Assembly: GCA_965219575.1 (NCBI GenBank)
Contig: OZ244779.1
Location: 1,932,769-1,996,768 of the forward strand
From: Candidatus Oxydemutatoraceae bacterium
Lineage (GTDB): Bacteria; Pseudomonadota; Gammaproteobacteria; Poriferisulfidales; Oxydemutatoraceae
DNA: 64,000 nucleotides
Direction of reading: 5' to 3'
Shown here: positions 43,089 to 53,110 of the stretch, in pieces
Position numbering within the stretch: the first letter of the stretch is position 1
Layout: each line of letters starts with the position of its first letter
The notes under the pieces: generated by a model
What the model was told of the DNA's origin: nothing
Seen by the model: the letters and a program-made list of their open reading frames with translations, nothing else
Database searches by the model: none
Made by a program: the position numbers and the translations under genes

Positions 43089-43997
43089 ATGACTGAAAAT
43101 AGCGACGATTACATGCTGTCCATAGAGCGTTTTTTGAATATCTTGCTTTCCCGGCAAGGTCTATCGGCGAATACACTGGCCGCATATAGGCACGATTTAC
43201 AAGGTTTCGCCGCACAACTGAAAAAACAAGGTAAAGGTTTGAACAGCGCAGAAAGAATAGACATACAAAATTACCTTTTAAGTCGGCTGGAACAAAATTA
43301 TGCCGTCAAATCCAATACCAGATTACTCTCAACCTTGCGTAAATTTTACGCGTGGATGATGCAGAACAAGCTGATAACGATAAACCCTTGCGACCGGATT
43401 CATTCAAGCCGACAAGGACGACACTTACCCCAAGTGCTCGGCGAAGAGGAAATCGAGCGGCTACTCGAAGCCCCCGACATTGCGACACCCGAAGGGCTGC
43501 GCAACAAAGCGATGTTGGAAGTGATCTATGCTTGCGGGTTGCGCGTCTCCGAACTCGTCGACCTGGTGTTCTCGCAACTGTCTTTGGATGCCGGATATTT
43601 GAGGATTATGGGCAAGGGTAATAAAGAACGTCTAGTACCCATCGGCGAGCAGGCGTGCGAATGTCTGGAACTCTATATCAAGCAGGCTCGCCCGCAATTA
43701 CTCAAATCGGGACAACACTGCGATTATGTTTTTATATCCAAACGCGGCAGGCGTATGACCCGTCAGACCTTTTGGTATGCGCTGAAACGCTTGGCAAATA
43801 TTGCCGAGATTACAAAGCCCTTTTCACCGCATACGCTAAGGCACGCCTTCGCAACCCACCTACTCAATCACGGTGCCGACCTACGTGTTGTACAATTACT
43901 ATTAGGACATAGCGATTTATCAACTACGCAGATATATACTCATGTTGCTAAACAACGCTTAAAAGATTTACATCAACTACATCATCCGAGGAGTTAA
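43089..43997 (+). CDS. xerD: Site-specific tyrosine recombinase XerD
   Basis: LS.NTLAAYR.DL, YACGLRVSEL, GKGNKERLVP, SPHTLRHAFATHLLNHGADLRVVQ.LLGH.DLSTTQIYTHV; followed by dsbC. Confidence 0.97.
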   Translation: MTENSDDYMLSIERFLNILLSRQGLSANTLAAYRHDLQGFAAQLKKQGKGLNSAERIDIQNYLLSRLEQNYAVKSNTRLLSTLRKFYAWMMQNKLITINPCDRIHSSRQGRHLPQVLGEEEIERLLEAPDIATPEGLRNKAMLEVIYACGLRVSELVDLVFSQLSLDAGYLRIMGKGNKERLVPIGEQACECLELYIKQARPQLLKSGQHCDYVFISKRGRRMTRQTFWYALKRLANIAEITKPFSPHTLRHAFATHLLNHGADLRVVQLLLGHSDLSTTQIYTHVAKQRLKDLHQLHHPRS

Positions 43998-43999
43998 TT

Positions 44000-44716
44000 A
44001 TGTATCGTATATTTATTATTGCCGTCGCACTCTTACTATGCGCCACCCAAGCCACAACCGAAGAAGCGGTTGTAGAAGAAAAACTGAAAAGTTCTCTGGG
44101 TAATCATCTTCCTGGGAGCTTGGAGATTCGCGAGACTCCCTTAAAAGGCATCTACGAAGTCGTTCACGACAAAAGCAATGTGTTCTACACCGATGCCAAC
44201 GGTGATTTCTTACTGCAAGGTTCTTTGATCGACATAAAACAACGCAAAGATTTGACCGACGAGAGATTAAAACAAGTGCGTCAGGAAACCCTCGCCGAAG
44301 TTCCTGCCGATCGTTTTATAGAATTCGGTAACCCCGAAGCCGAGCACGAGGTCGTGGTGTTCACCGATGTCAACTGCGGTTATTGTAGAAAACTGCATAA
44401 CCAACGAACCCAATATGCCAAGCATGACATCAAAATCCGTTATTTATTGACCCCCGTCCTAGGTTCGGACTCAACCGATAAATCAACGAGCGTTTGGTGT
44501 GCGGACGACCGCCAAACTGCGCTGACCGATGCAAAGATGGACAAAGATATACCTAATGTTCGCTGCGACGCAAACTTAGATAACAACTTGAAAATCATGC
44601 GGGGTTTTGATGTTCGCGGCACCCCCGCCATCTTGCTGGAGGACGGTACCCTGCTCAGAGGTTATGTGGAACCCGAACAGTTACTGGAACAAATAGAACT
44701 ATCAAAGGAAGGATAA
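44000..44716 (+). CDS. dsbC: Thiol:disulfide isomerase DsbC
   Basis: Signal peptide, FTD..CGYCRKLH, GTPA; xerD-dsbC synteny. Confidence 0.95.
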   Translation: MYRIFIIAVALLLCATQATTEEAVVEEKLKSSLGNHLPGSLEIRETPLKGIYEVVHDKSNVFYTDANGDFLLQGSLIDIKQRKDLTDERLKQVRQETLAEVPADRFIEFGNPEAEHEVVVFTDVNCGYCRKLHNQRTQYAKHDIKIRYLLTPVLGSDSTDKSTSVWCADDRQTALTDAKMDKDIPNVRCDANLDNNLKIMRGFDVRGTPAILLEDGTLLRGYVEPEQLLEQIELSKEG

Positions 44717-47700
44717 TCGTACAAAAAACCGCTACGGGTGAACAAGATAGACACCCTGATTGCTTTGCCGGGAAATAACTTGGCAAGCCCCGCTTCATAA
44801 CAACGCATCTGCGGTAAATAGTGGGATGCCAATCGGTGATAAAACCGCTTCGCATCCTGCTCGGGCGGTTTGTTGCTCTTGTAATCGATAATCCATACTT
44901 GATCTTGCGCAACACACACCCGATCTACCTTGCCGTAAACGATACGCCCGTCGTCGTCCTGATACAACAAAGGCATCTCATGATAAGTTCTGCTATAGTG
45001 CGATTTATTAAATAACACTTCCAGCTCGGGGTTCTGCACCAAAGACCAAGCTTCTTCGGCGCACACATTGCGGATGTCGTCATCGACATCGGAGTGATTC
45101 TCGAATTCTCGCTTGAACATCGACAGGTTGTCGTACGATTTTTGACCTAGTAATTCCAGAGCCTTATGTATCGTCGTACCATGCAGTCTTGCGCTATCGG
45201 ATGCCGGTGTAGATGAAAATACCTTTTCCATCCCCACACGGCTAGGCTCTATCTGTTGCACCGTAGCATTCATCGGCACTTCGCCGTCAAACAATTTCAA
45301 GTCCGGCAACGGCTCGGAGCTTGGTTCGGCAACCTCTGCTTGCGTGCCGTTTGCTTGTTTTAAGGGATCATCTCCGAGAACCGCTTGCTCACCGCACGAT
45401 TCTTTAATCAAGCGATACCAGTGCTTGTGTGTGGACTCGGTTTTGCCGCTACCCGAAATAAAAAGGTATTGCTTCGCCCGCGTCAGCGCAACATACATTA
45501 AATTCATCTCCTCTCTCAAGTTGCGGGCGCGACGCGCTTCGGTCAATTCGGATAATATCCGACTACGCTCGGAGGTGGGCGGCATCAATACAAAATGCTT
45601 AGGGCACTCATCGTCGGTCGGCCAATCAACCAACACATCGTGGGTCTCTTTGTTCGGTAGCTTAAAAGCACAGTCTATCAAAAACACAACGGGGGACTCT
45701 AAGCCTTTGGCACCGTGTATGGACATCATTCTCACACAATCTTGCCCTTCGGGTGCTACGACTTCCTCGCCCTGGTCTTGCACGAGTGCGGCGTGGTCCA
45801 AAAAACGAGCGATATCGGGATAGCGACCACTATCGTAATCAAGCGTGTATTCCAAAAAAGCCTCCAAATAGAGTTGGACTTGCTCGCTCTCTATAGGATG
45901 CACCGATGTTTTATATCGGCTGATTAGATTTTGCTCGGCAAAAATCGTATAGAGTAAATCGTGTATAGGAAGACGACCGCAGAGCATGCCCCACTTTTTG
46001 AAACTATGATAAATCCCCGACCACGGTTCACCTCTATCGGCTAAATGCTTCAGCTTAGTGAAGTACTGCGCGCCTTCCTGACAACCGAGTTCCAACAAAT
46101 GCCGATCGCTCAACGAATAAATCGGACTGCGTAATACTTGAGTAAGTGCTAAATCGTTATACGGGTTATGCAGTGCTGCCAACAACTGCAACATATCGGC
46201 AACTTCCAATCGGTTGAGCAAGCCTGCTTCGTACGAGCTGACGACCGGAATCTGTCGGTGGCGCAACGCCCGCGTGAACAATTCAAAGTGTGTCTTTTGT
46301 CGGGCGATAATCAATATATCGCGATACGCGATAGGTCTGGGTCCGTCGGAATCTTCAATGGTCATCCGGCTTTGACACAGCCGTGCAATCGTTTGTGCCA
46401 CGGCTGCCGCTTCTTCGCTGCGCGAATTCTGCGACGACAATAGCGGAGCCTTCAGAGGGTTGCGCCATTCACCGTCATCGTCCGCTTTATCGGAGACTGC
46501 GGGTTCGAACAAATCGAATATGCCGACGCCGCCTTTGATGTTGCGCTTGGTACGGTGGTGCTTGAAATCCGACAATAGATTATTACGGGTAAAGACTCTA
46601 TTCACAAAATCGATAATCTGCGGGGCAGAACGATACGAGATATCCGCACTCTCCTCAATCCCCGATAAATGCGCCTTGAGCCATTGCCCGGCCTTGACTT
46701 GCAACTCGGGGTCGGCGCGCCTAAAACCGTAAATCGACTGCTTGCGATCACCGACGATAAACACACTGCCACCCTGTTGAGATGCAATTTCCTGCATCAA
46801 CGGCTGTAGCAACTGCCATTGCGTCGGATTGGTGTCCTGGAATTCGTCTATCAAAATATGCTCTATGCGCGAAGCCAGTCGGTATTGTATCCAGTGACTG
46901 CCATAATCGGATTGGGTCAATAGCTTGCTGGCGATACTTTCCAAATCGCCGAAATCAAGGAGCTTATGTTGCTGTTTGAGTGCCGTATAAATATCCAATA
47001 CACGGCTACCGACTTTATACCACGCTTGGTTCAAGTAATAATTGTTGGTGCGGTTAATGCCCTCGCGCATTTGCATCACCGCCTCGCTGATCTCGGCACA
47101 CAAAGTAAGTAGCCGCTCAGCTCCCGACTCGCCCAGCGATCTTATCAACGCTTTACTCAAGTCGCGCTGCCTCGGCAAACCTTTACCCGTATGAATACAT
47201 TTGTTGAGCTTATCAAAGTCATCGTCGGAAAGTTCGTCCAATGTAACGAGTTTGCTCAAACATTCGGCATGTTCGACATTCTTTATCGTTTCATGACCGC
47301 CTAATAAGATGCCATAGTCGGCAACCGAGTTGCGTATACCCTGCCATATCCGAGAGACGGGTAGCGTGTCGGCAATTTTCAACTGCGTATACAAATTCTT
47401 GTCGGCTTCATCGGCACCGACCAAGTTATCCGAGACATAGCTCAACCAATCGTTTTGCCGTGCTAAAAAAGCCTCCAGTATGGTGCGCATAACATTCACA
47501 CTACGAATTTCCGCATAAAGCGCATCCAACGCCTCACTAATTTCCTTGTCTTTGGAAGTCGTCGTCGCAAATAATGTATCTATCGCCTTCGCTCGCCATT
47601 CCTCTGCGTTTTCTGCAATCCGAAAATCCAAAGGCACACGGCTTTGCAACGGGCATAAAGAAATTAGCTTTTGACAAAAGGCATGAAAAGTGGTGATTTG

Positions 47701-48030
47701 CAGTTGCTCGGTTGAATGTAGCAACCGCTCGTAAAGATGCCTCGCCCGCCTACTATATTTTTCGACATCCTCTATACCGATCTCATTAAGGTCGGCTGCC
47801 AAGCCATCCGCTGTTCGGGTGATCCATTCAAGCACCCGCGCTTCTACCCGCTCGCGCATTTCATCGGCAGCTTTGTTGGTAAAAGTAATCGCCAATATAG
47901 AACCGGGACACACATCGTCCAACAATAACCTCAACACACGAGAGATCAATAACCATGTTTTACCGGTGCCTGCCGATGCATATACGATGCCGCTGGCTTG
48001 CGGCGAAAGTAACTTGAGTAAAGATTCCAT
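44662..48030 (-). CDS. addA: AddA/RecB-like UvrD helicase with C-terminal PD-(D/E)xK nuclease
   Basis: ASAGTGKT, ILIDEFQDT, VGDRKQSIYGFR, YVALTRA, G.VDR...IIDYKS. Confidence 0.88.
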   Translation of the reverse strand: MESLLKLLSPQASGIVYASAGTGKTWLLISRVLRLLLDDVCPGSILAITFTNKAADEMRERVEARVLEWITRTADGLAADLNEIGIEDVEKYSRRARHLYERLLHSTEQLQITTFHAFCQKLISLCPLQSRVPLDFRIAENAEEWRAKAIDTLFATTTSKDKEISEALDALYAEIRSVNVMRTILEAFLARQNDWLSYVSDNLVGADEADKNLYTQLKIADTLPVSRIWQGIRNSVADYGILLGGHETIKNVEHAECLSKLVTLDELSDDDFDKLNKCIHTGKGLPRQRDLSKALIRSLGESGAERLLTLCAEISEAVMQMREGINRTNNYYLNQAWYKVGSRVLDIYTALKQQHKLLDFGDLESIASKLLTQSDYGSHWIQYRLASRIEHILIDEFQDTNPTQWQLLQPLMQEIASQQGGSVFIVGDRKQSIYGFRRADPELQVKAGQWLKAHLSGIEESADISYRSAPQIIDFVNRVFTRNNLLSDFKHHRTKRNIKGGVGIFDLFEPAVSDKADDDGEWRNPLKAPLLSSQNSRSEEAAAVAQTIARLCQSRMTIEDSDGPRPIAYRDILIIARQKTHFELFTRALRHRQIPVVSSYEAGLLNRLEVADMLQLLAALHNPYNDLALTQVLRSPIYSLSDRHLLELGCQEGAQYFTKLKHLADRGEPWSGIYHSFKKWGMLCGRLPIHDLLYTIFAEQNLISRYKTSVHPIESEQVQLYLEAFLEYTLDYDSGRYPDIARFLDHAALVQDQGEEVVAPEGQDCVRMMSIHGAKGLESPVVFLIDCAFKLPNKETHDVLVDWPTDDECPKHFVLMPPTSERSRILSELTEARRARNLREEMNLMYVALTRAKQYLFISGSGKTESTHKHWYRLIKESCGEQAVLGDDPLKQANGTQAEVAEPSSEPLPDLKLFDGEVPMNATVQQIEPSRVGMEKVFSSTPASDSARLHGTTIHKALELLGQKSYDNLSMFKREFENHSDVDDDIRNVCAEEAWSLVQNPELEVLFNKSHYSRTYHEMPLLYQDDDGRIVYGKVDRVCVAQDQVWIIDYKSNKPPEQDAKRFYHRLASHYLPQMRCYEAGLAKLFPGKAIRVSILFTRSGFLYDYPSFDSSICSSNCSGST

Positions 48031-48086
48031 TAAAAGTCTATGTTTTGAAGCATTAGTTTAGCCTAAGGCAGATACTTTTGGGTAGT

Positions 48087-48275
48087 ATTCCCCTCCTTCG
48101 GAGGGGTGGCCTATGCATTTTGCAATGCATCCGTTTAGCAGTCATGTTGAGGTTCCGAACAAAGTCACGCCGATTGACCTACTGGTTCAATCGGCGGTTC
48201 TATTTAGCCTGACGGGGTGGTCCTAAAAATGGGGTAACGTCATATACATTCATTCATCCAATTCATGGTAACCAC
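48087..48275. mobile_element. Composite intergenic element, copy E, fused to an IS3-like end
   Basis: Near-identical to 32170-32304, followed by TCCTAAAAATGGGGTAACGTCA (48221-48242, identical to 42898-42919). Confidence 0.8.
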
Positions 48276-48468
48276 TTGCAGGGGAGAGGGTCAATTTTTA
48301 TATTCTCGGATCAATTACCTGCGGTCAAAAGCAGTTAGAATCTACGCTTTCCTTGAAGACCCCAAAATGCTATACAATATCATCCGAACAATCACGAGGT
48401 GCCCTTGAAACACTACAAAGAAAAATTCTATCATCTTTACATTACCTCAAAAGGTAAACGGAGGAATT

Positions 48469-50070
48469 TTGCCGACGCTTGATTTTCAGGGAAAATCCAT
48501 AATCCATTGCTATCACTTGGGTGTGCCTTTTCGCGATTTAAGGATTGACGAAAAAAAATCTCTGCCCCCTAAAGATAAGAGAGGGAAAAAACAAAAACCC
48601 TCTCTTGACGACAACTTAATCATTCACGGAGACAATCTCCACGCATTGAAAGCTCTGCTACCGCGCTATGCAGGGAAAATAAAGTGTATTTATATTGACC
48701 CACCCTACAACACCGGCAAAGAAGGCTGGAAATATAACGATAATGTCAATAGCCCGACGATAAAGGAATGGTTGAGCAAAACGGTGGAATTGGACGATGG
48801 GCAAAGACACGACAAATGGCTTTGCATGATGTGGCCTAGATTGTCGTTGCTCAAAGAGCTAATGAGCGAGGACGGGGTTATTTTTATTAGTATCGATAGT
48901 AATGAACAATTCAGGCTTATGGCAATTATGGAGGAAATCTTTGGAATAGATAATTTTATATCCGACTTTGTTGTAATACGGGCAGAAGGAGGAGGTCTTG
49001 CAAAACAAGTAATAAAAGGGCACGACTATGTGATAGTTTACGCTAAAGATATATCCAAAGTTGACCCTTTGAAAAGAAAAAAAGATGTACGCGGAAAAAT
49101 TGTAAAAAAAGACGGTGTGGAATACTGGCTTGAAGAAGATTGGCTCAGAAAAGAATTCGGAAAGTATGGTACTTGTTATTATGAACAAATAATTAAATAT
49201 AAAGGAATAAAGAAAAAAAACGAAATTGATAAAGGTATAAAAGACGGGATATACCAACTTATTAAAAAAGGAAAATATCATATAGTTGCAAGATTTCGTA
49301 AATTAGAGGAAGACGGAAGCAAGTTTTACAGTGTCTTAAAACATCTTTCATCCAAAGGGATTGACGATATAAAGGAGACAGGAATTAAGTTTGATTATCC
49401 GAAACCTGTATCTCTAATTAAAGAATTAATTTTAGGAGTCACTCTTAACAAAGGTAATCGAAATAGCATAATTTTAGATTCGTTTGCCGGTTCGGGCACC
49501 ACAGCTCAGGCGGTTCTTAGTCTCAACAAAGAGGATGGCGGCAATCGCAAATTCATCCTTGTAGAGTGTGAGGATTATGCCGATAAAATTACCGCAGAGC
49601 GTGTTCGCAAAGTTATAAAGGGTGTACCCAAAGCAAAAGACGAAAACCTAAAAAATGGTTTAGGTGGTTCATTCACTTACTGTACTCTAGGTAGCGAGGT
49701 CAGCGAAGAAAATCTGTTAAAAGGTAAATCTCTGCCCAGCTACGAGGCACTTTCTAAATATGTTTTTTATACCGCAACCGGGAATACCCTAGGAAAGTTT
49801 AAGCCGAACGACAATTTTTATGTTGCAAAAGTGAACGGAGATACTGCCTTTTTTGTTATCTATAAACCCAACAAAGAATTTCTAAGTAGCAACGACTCCG
49901 CTTTAAGTCTTGAAAGAAAAGAACTTATTCAAAAAATTATGAAACAGAAAAAATGCAGCAAAGCCATTGTCTTCGCTTCTGCCTGTTTTTACTCTCTAAA
50001 AGAACTTTCACAAGAAAAAATTACTTTTTGTCAATTACCCTTTGCTATTCATAAAATTGTAAGCCGATGA
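48469..50070 (+). CDS. mod: Type III restriction-modification methyltransferase (Mod)
   Basis: IIHGDNL.ALK.L, IYIDPPYNTG, WL.MM.PRL, YPKPV.LI, LDSFAGSGTT. Confidence 0.93.
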   Translation: MPTLDFQGKSIIHCYHLGVPFRDLRIDEKKSLPPKDKRGKKQKPSLDDNLIIHGDNLHALKALLPRYAGKIKCIYIDPPYNTGKEGWKYNDNVNSPTIKEWLSKTVELDDGQRHDKWLCMMWPRLSLLKELMSEDGVIFISIDSNEQFRLMAIMEEIFGIDNFISDFVVIRAEGGGLAKQVIKGHDYVIVYAKDISKVDPLKRKKDVRGKIVKKDGVEYWLEEDWLRKEFGKYGTCYYEQIIKYKGIKKKNEIDKGIKDGIYQLIKKGKYHIVARFRKLEEDGSKFYSVLKHLSSKGIDDIKETGIKFDYPKPVSLIKELILGVTLNKGNRNSIILDSFAGSGTTAQAVLSLNKEDGGNRKFILVECEDYADKITAERVRKVIKGVPKAKDENLKNGLGGSFTYCTLGSEVSEENLLKGKSLPSYEALSKYVFYTATGNTLGKFKPNDNFYVAKVNGDTAFFVIYKPNKEFLSSNDSALSLERKELIQKIMKQKKCSKAIVFASACFYSLKELSQEKITFCQLPFAIHKIVSR

Positions 50071-52658
50071 TACAGTTGAAAGAATTTCAAGAACTCGTTT
50101 TAGAACAGCTGGACTATTATTTGCAAACACTCAAAACGAAATGCATAGAGGAAAAAGAAGAGGTAGAGTTTCATAAAAGTCGCAAAAGAAATAGAGAAAT
50201 AGAGAGGTATTGTCGTGAAACATGGGAAGAGTTAACCAAAGAGGGGAAATTACCGCAATTCAAGGACAGCAAGGGCAATATTCAAACGCTATGTTACATA
50301 GAAAAAAAAGACGGTTTGGGCAACCTGATTCCTAATATCTGTTTGAAGGTTCCCACCGGTGGAGGTAAAACTCTGTTGGGAGTATCCGCCGTTGAAAGAA
50401 TCAACATCGATTATTTCTCAAAAAATACCGGTTTGGTTTTATGGATTGTTCCCACCGAAGCGATCTATAGACAAACCATAAAAAATTTCAAAAATAGGAA
50501 CCACTCGTATAGGAATATTTTTGAAAGAGCTTCTGCGGGCCGAGTTAAAATCCTCGAAAAGACAAGTGCTTTTTCGTCTCAAGACATACAAAATTATCTC
50601 TGCATTATGGTTATGATGCTCCAGTCTACAAATAGAGAAACCCAAGAGTCATTGCGGGTTTTTAAGGACTCGGGGAATTTTATTTCTTTGTTCCCTCGAT
50701 CCGACGATTACGATGCAAACAACAATTTACTCAATAGCACCAAAAATCTGGATTGCCATGAGTATGAGATGGAGGTGTCAGGTGCCAAGCGTATTTCCGT
50801 AAAGCATAGCTTAGGAAACGCCATACGTATAACCCGTCCCATTGTTATTTTAGACGAAGGCCATCGCGCTTATTCCGATTTAGCTAGAAATACAATTTGT
50901 GGCTTAAATCCGAGATTTATTTTAGAACTTTCTGCAACCCCCAATATGAGAAAACATCTGAGTAATATACTGGTAAGCGTCTCGGGAATAAAATTAAAGG
51001 AAGAAGAAATGATCAAACTTCCCATAAATATCATCAACTCCGACAAATGGAACTGGAAACAGACTTTGTGCAAAGCCTACGAAAAAATACAAAAACTCAA
51101 CGACGACTGTGAACATCATTATCAAAAATCCGAACGATACATTCGCCCTATCATGCTGATACAAGTGGAGAGAACCGGAAAAGAACAAAGAGAAAAGCAG
51201 TTTATTCACACCGAAGATGTTAGGAATTACTTAATTGAGAAACTCGGCGTCGATGCGGGTGCCATCAAAATAAAGACTGCAGAAAGAAATGAACTCAAAG
51301 ACGAAAGCCTACTAAGCGAAACCTCACAAGTTAGATTTATTATTACCAAACATGCCCTTCAGGAAGGTTGGGATTGTCCGTATGCTTACGTGTTGGCAAT
51401 CTTATCCAATGCTCAGTCTAAGAAAGCATTGACGCAACTAATCGGCAGAATTTTAAGACAACCCGATGCCCGACAAACTTCTTATGAATCCTTAAACGAG
51501 AGTTATGTTTTCTGTTATAACCCAACCGTAGGAGAAGTGGTAGAAGGAATAAAGAAAGGTCTGCAAGAAGAAGGCATGGGTGATTTGATAGACCATATCA
51601 GAGGAGGAGATAGCGAGTTTGATAAAGAAACGATAAACAGGAGAACCGGATTTAAGCGAACCAAAGTTTTCTTGCCTAAAGTTCTCCATAAAGATAAAAA
51701 ATCATGGAGAAATATCAGATACGAATCGGACATCCTCCGGAACATTGACTTCTCCAAGATTTCGTACCGCAACAAAGATGCTCTCAAACCCGAAGACATC
51801 GACAAACTTAGAGTGAATCATGTCAAGATGGATATAGAAGACGACAAAGGACAACTTAAATTTGCTCACGACACCATGAAAACGGAACAAGAATCTGCAG
51901 AAATAAATTTTGTTTATATGGTGAGACGACTTTCCAACACCGTGCCGAATCCATGGCAAGCGTCCAGAATTCTAGAAGAAACTATAAGTACCCTAAAAGC
52001 TAAGCATGTCTCCGATGAAAAGATTTATGTCAACGGAAACTTTTTGCTCGATGCTATTGAAAAAGATATAAAAGAGCAGGTTAACGAAGTTTCGGAGAAA
52101 ATTTTTACCGATAAATTAGAAAACGGAGATATTTGCTTTAAGGTATTTAAGGATTCCATTGGTCTTAACTGGAAAATGGCAACTAGAATTGATTTCTTTG
52201 TTTCAAACAACGGCAAAACCTTAAAGAAGAGAGATGAAAGCCCTTTGCAATTAACTCTGTTCGAAAAAACTTACGAGAAACACTATAACAAACTGGAAAA
52301 AGATATAGCTTGGTATCTCGACGAAACGGAGGCACTTAAGTGGTGGCATAGAATAGTAGCAAAACAAGACTATTATCTTCAAGGATGGCAAGCACGAAAA
52401 GTGTATCCCGATTTTCTGGCTTGTGTCGACTCAAGCAACGCCGATAAGGTCTCCGTTTTAGAAACCAAAGGAGACCATTTGAAAGGCAACTCGGACACCG
52501 AATATAAGACAAAGCTTTTTGAATTGCTGCAGAAATATGCCAACGATGACAATGTCAATATCGGTACCGTAGAGACCGCCTCCGAAAATGAGACAAAAAT
52601 GGTTTTTGAAATTTTAATGGAAGCAGATTGGAGGCAAAAGATTCAAAATACTCTATAA
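50067..52658 (+). CDS. res: Type III restriction endonuclease (Res) subunit
   Basis: VPTGGGKT, ILDEGH, ELSATP, EGWDCP, YPDF...LETKG; ATGA overlap with mod. Confidence 0.9.
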   Translation: MIQLKEFQELVLEQLDYYLQTLKTKCIEEKEEVEFHKSRKRNREIERYCRETWEELTKEGKLPQFKDSKGNIQTLCYIEKKDGLGNLIPNICLKVPTGGGKTLLGVSAVERINIDYFSKNTGLVLWIVPTEAIYRQTIKNFKNRNHSYRNIFERASAGRVKILEKTSAFSSQDIQNYLCIMVMMLQSTNRETQESLRVFKDSGNFISLFPRSDDYDANNNLLNSTKNLDCHEYEMEVSGAKRISVKHSLGNAIRITRPIVILDEGHRAYSDLARNTICGLNPRFILELSATPNMRKHLSNILVSVSGIKLKEEEMIKLPINIINSDKWNWKQTLCKAYEKIQKLNDDCEHHYQKSERYIRPIMLIQVERTGKEQREKQFIHTEDVRNYLIEKLGVDAGAIKIKTAERNELKDESLLSETSQVRFIITKHALQEGWDCPYAYVLAILSNAQSKKALTQLIGRILRQPDARQTSYESLNESYVFCYNPTVGEVVEGIKKGLQEEGMGDLIDHIRGGDSEFDKETINRRTGFKRTKVFLPKVLHKDKKSWRNIRYESDILRNIDFSKISYRNKDALKPEDIDKLRVNHVKMDIEDDKGQLKFAHDTMKTEQESAEINFVYMVRRLSNTVPNPWQASRILEETISTLKAKHVSDEKIYVNGNFLLDAIEKDIKEQVNEVSEKIFTDKLENGDICFKVFKDSIGLNWKMATRIDFFVSNNGKTLKKRDESPLQLTLFEKTYEKHYNKLEKDIAWYLDETEALKWWHRIVAKQDYYLQGWQARKVYPDFLACVDSSNADKVSVLETKGDHLKGNSDTEYKTKLFELLQKYANDDNVNIGTVETASENETKMVFEILMEADWRQKIQNTL

Positions 52659-52696
52659 TCGGCAATCTGCAGTACTAAATCTTTCGGACAGATATT

Positions 52697-53058
52697 AGGC
52701 TGTTGAAAAAGTATCCATGAACCGTAGGGGCGGACTAGCATGTCCGCCCATAGCGCGTTGGTCGGCATGATTTATACATTCATCCACCCGATTTATGGAA
52801 ACCAAAACCATACGGCGCAAGCGGTTGGTGTCGTGCAGAACGGTACTTAAGGGCAGACATACAAGTCTGCCCCTACAAGTGGTTTGCAAATATTCACGGC
52901 GCGAGCGGTTGCAATTGTGCGAAACAATACTTTTTCAATAACCCCACGACACGACCACCCCGTCAGGCTGCGCCTGCCACCCTAAGGGCGGACATACGAG
53001 TCCGCCCCTACAAGGAGGGGAATGGACCACCCCCTACAAGTTCAATCGGTGGTTCTAT
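52697..53058. mobile_element. MITE with REP doublet plus chimeric hairpin element, copy D
   Basis: Ends AGGCTGTTGAAAAAGTAT / ATACTTTTTCAATAACCCC (52697-52945); inverted GTAG REPs inside; 52955-53023 hairpin element interrupted by a REP at 52986-53011. Confidence 0.85.
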
Positions 53059-53110
53059 ACATTGCGGGTATAATTTCGGTTAAAGTTCTCTAAACTCTAA
53101 ATAATGCTTT

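Noticed and set aside
43089-43997. Tyrosine recombinase as integrase/invertase for the adjacent adhesin genes
   Set aside because: Sequence and xerD-dsbC synteny identify housekeeping XerD; no dif-like or invertible sites recognised
48551-49220. Poly-A tracts in mod as a phase-variation switch
   Set aside because: Runs are only about 8 nt, in frame and expected in Lys-rich AT-rich DNA; no tetra- or pentanucleotide SSR
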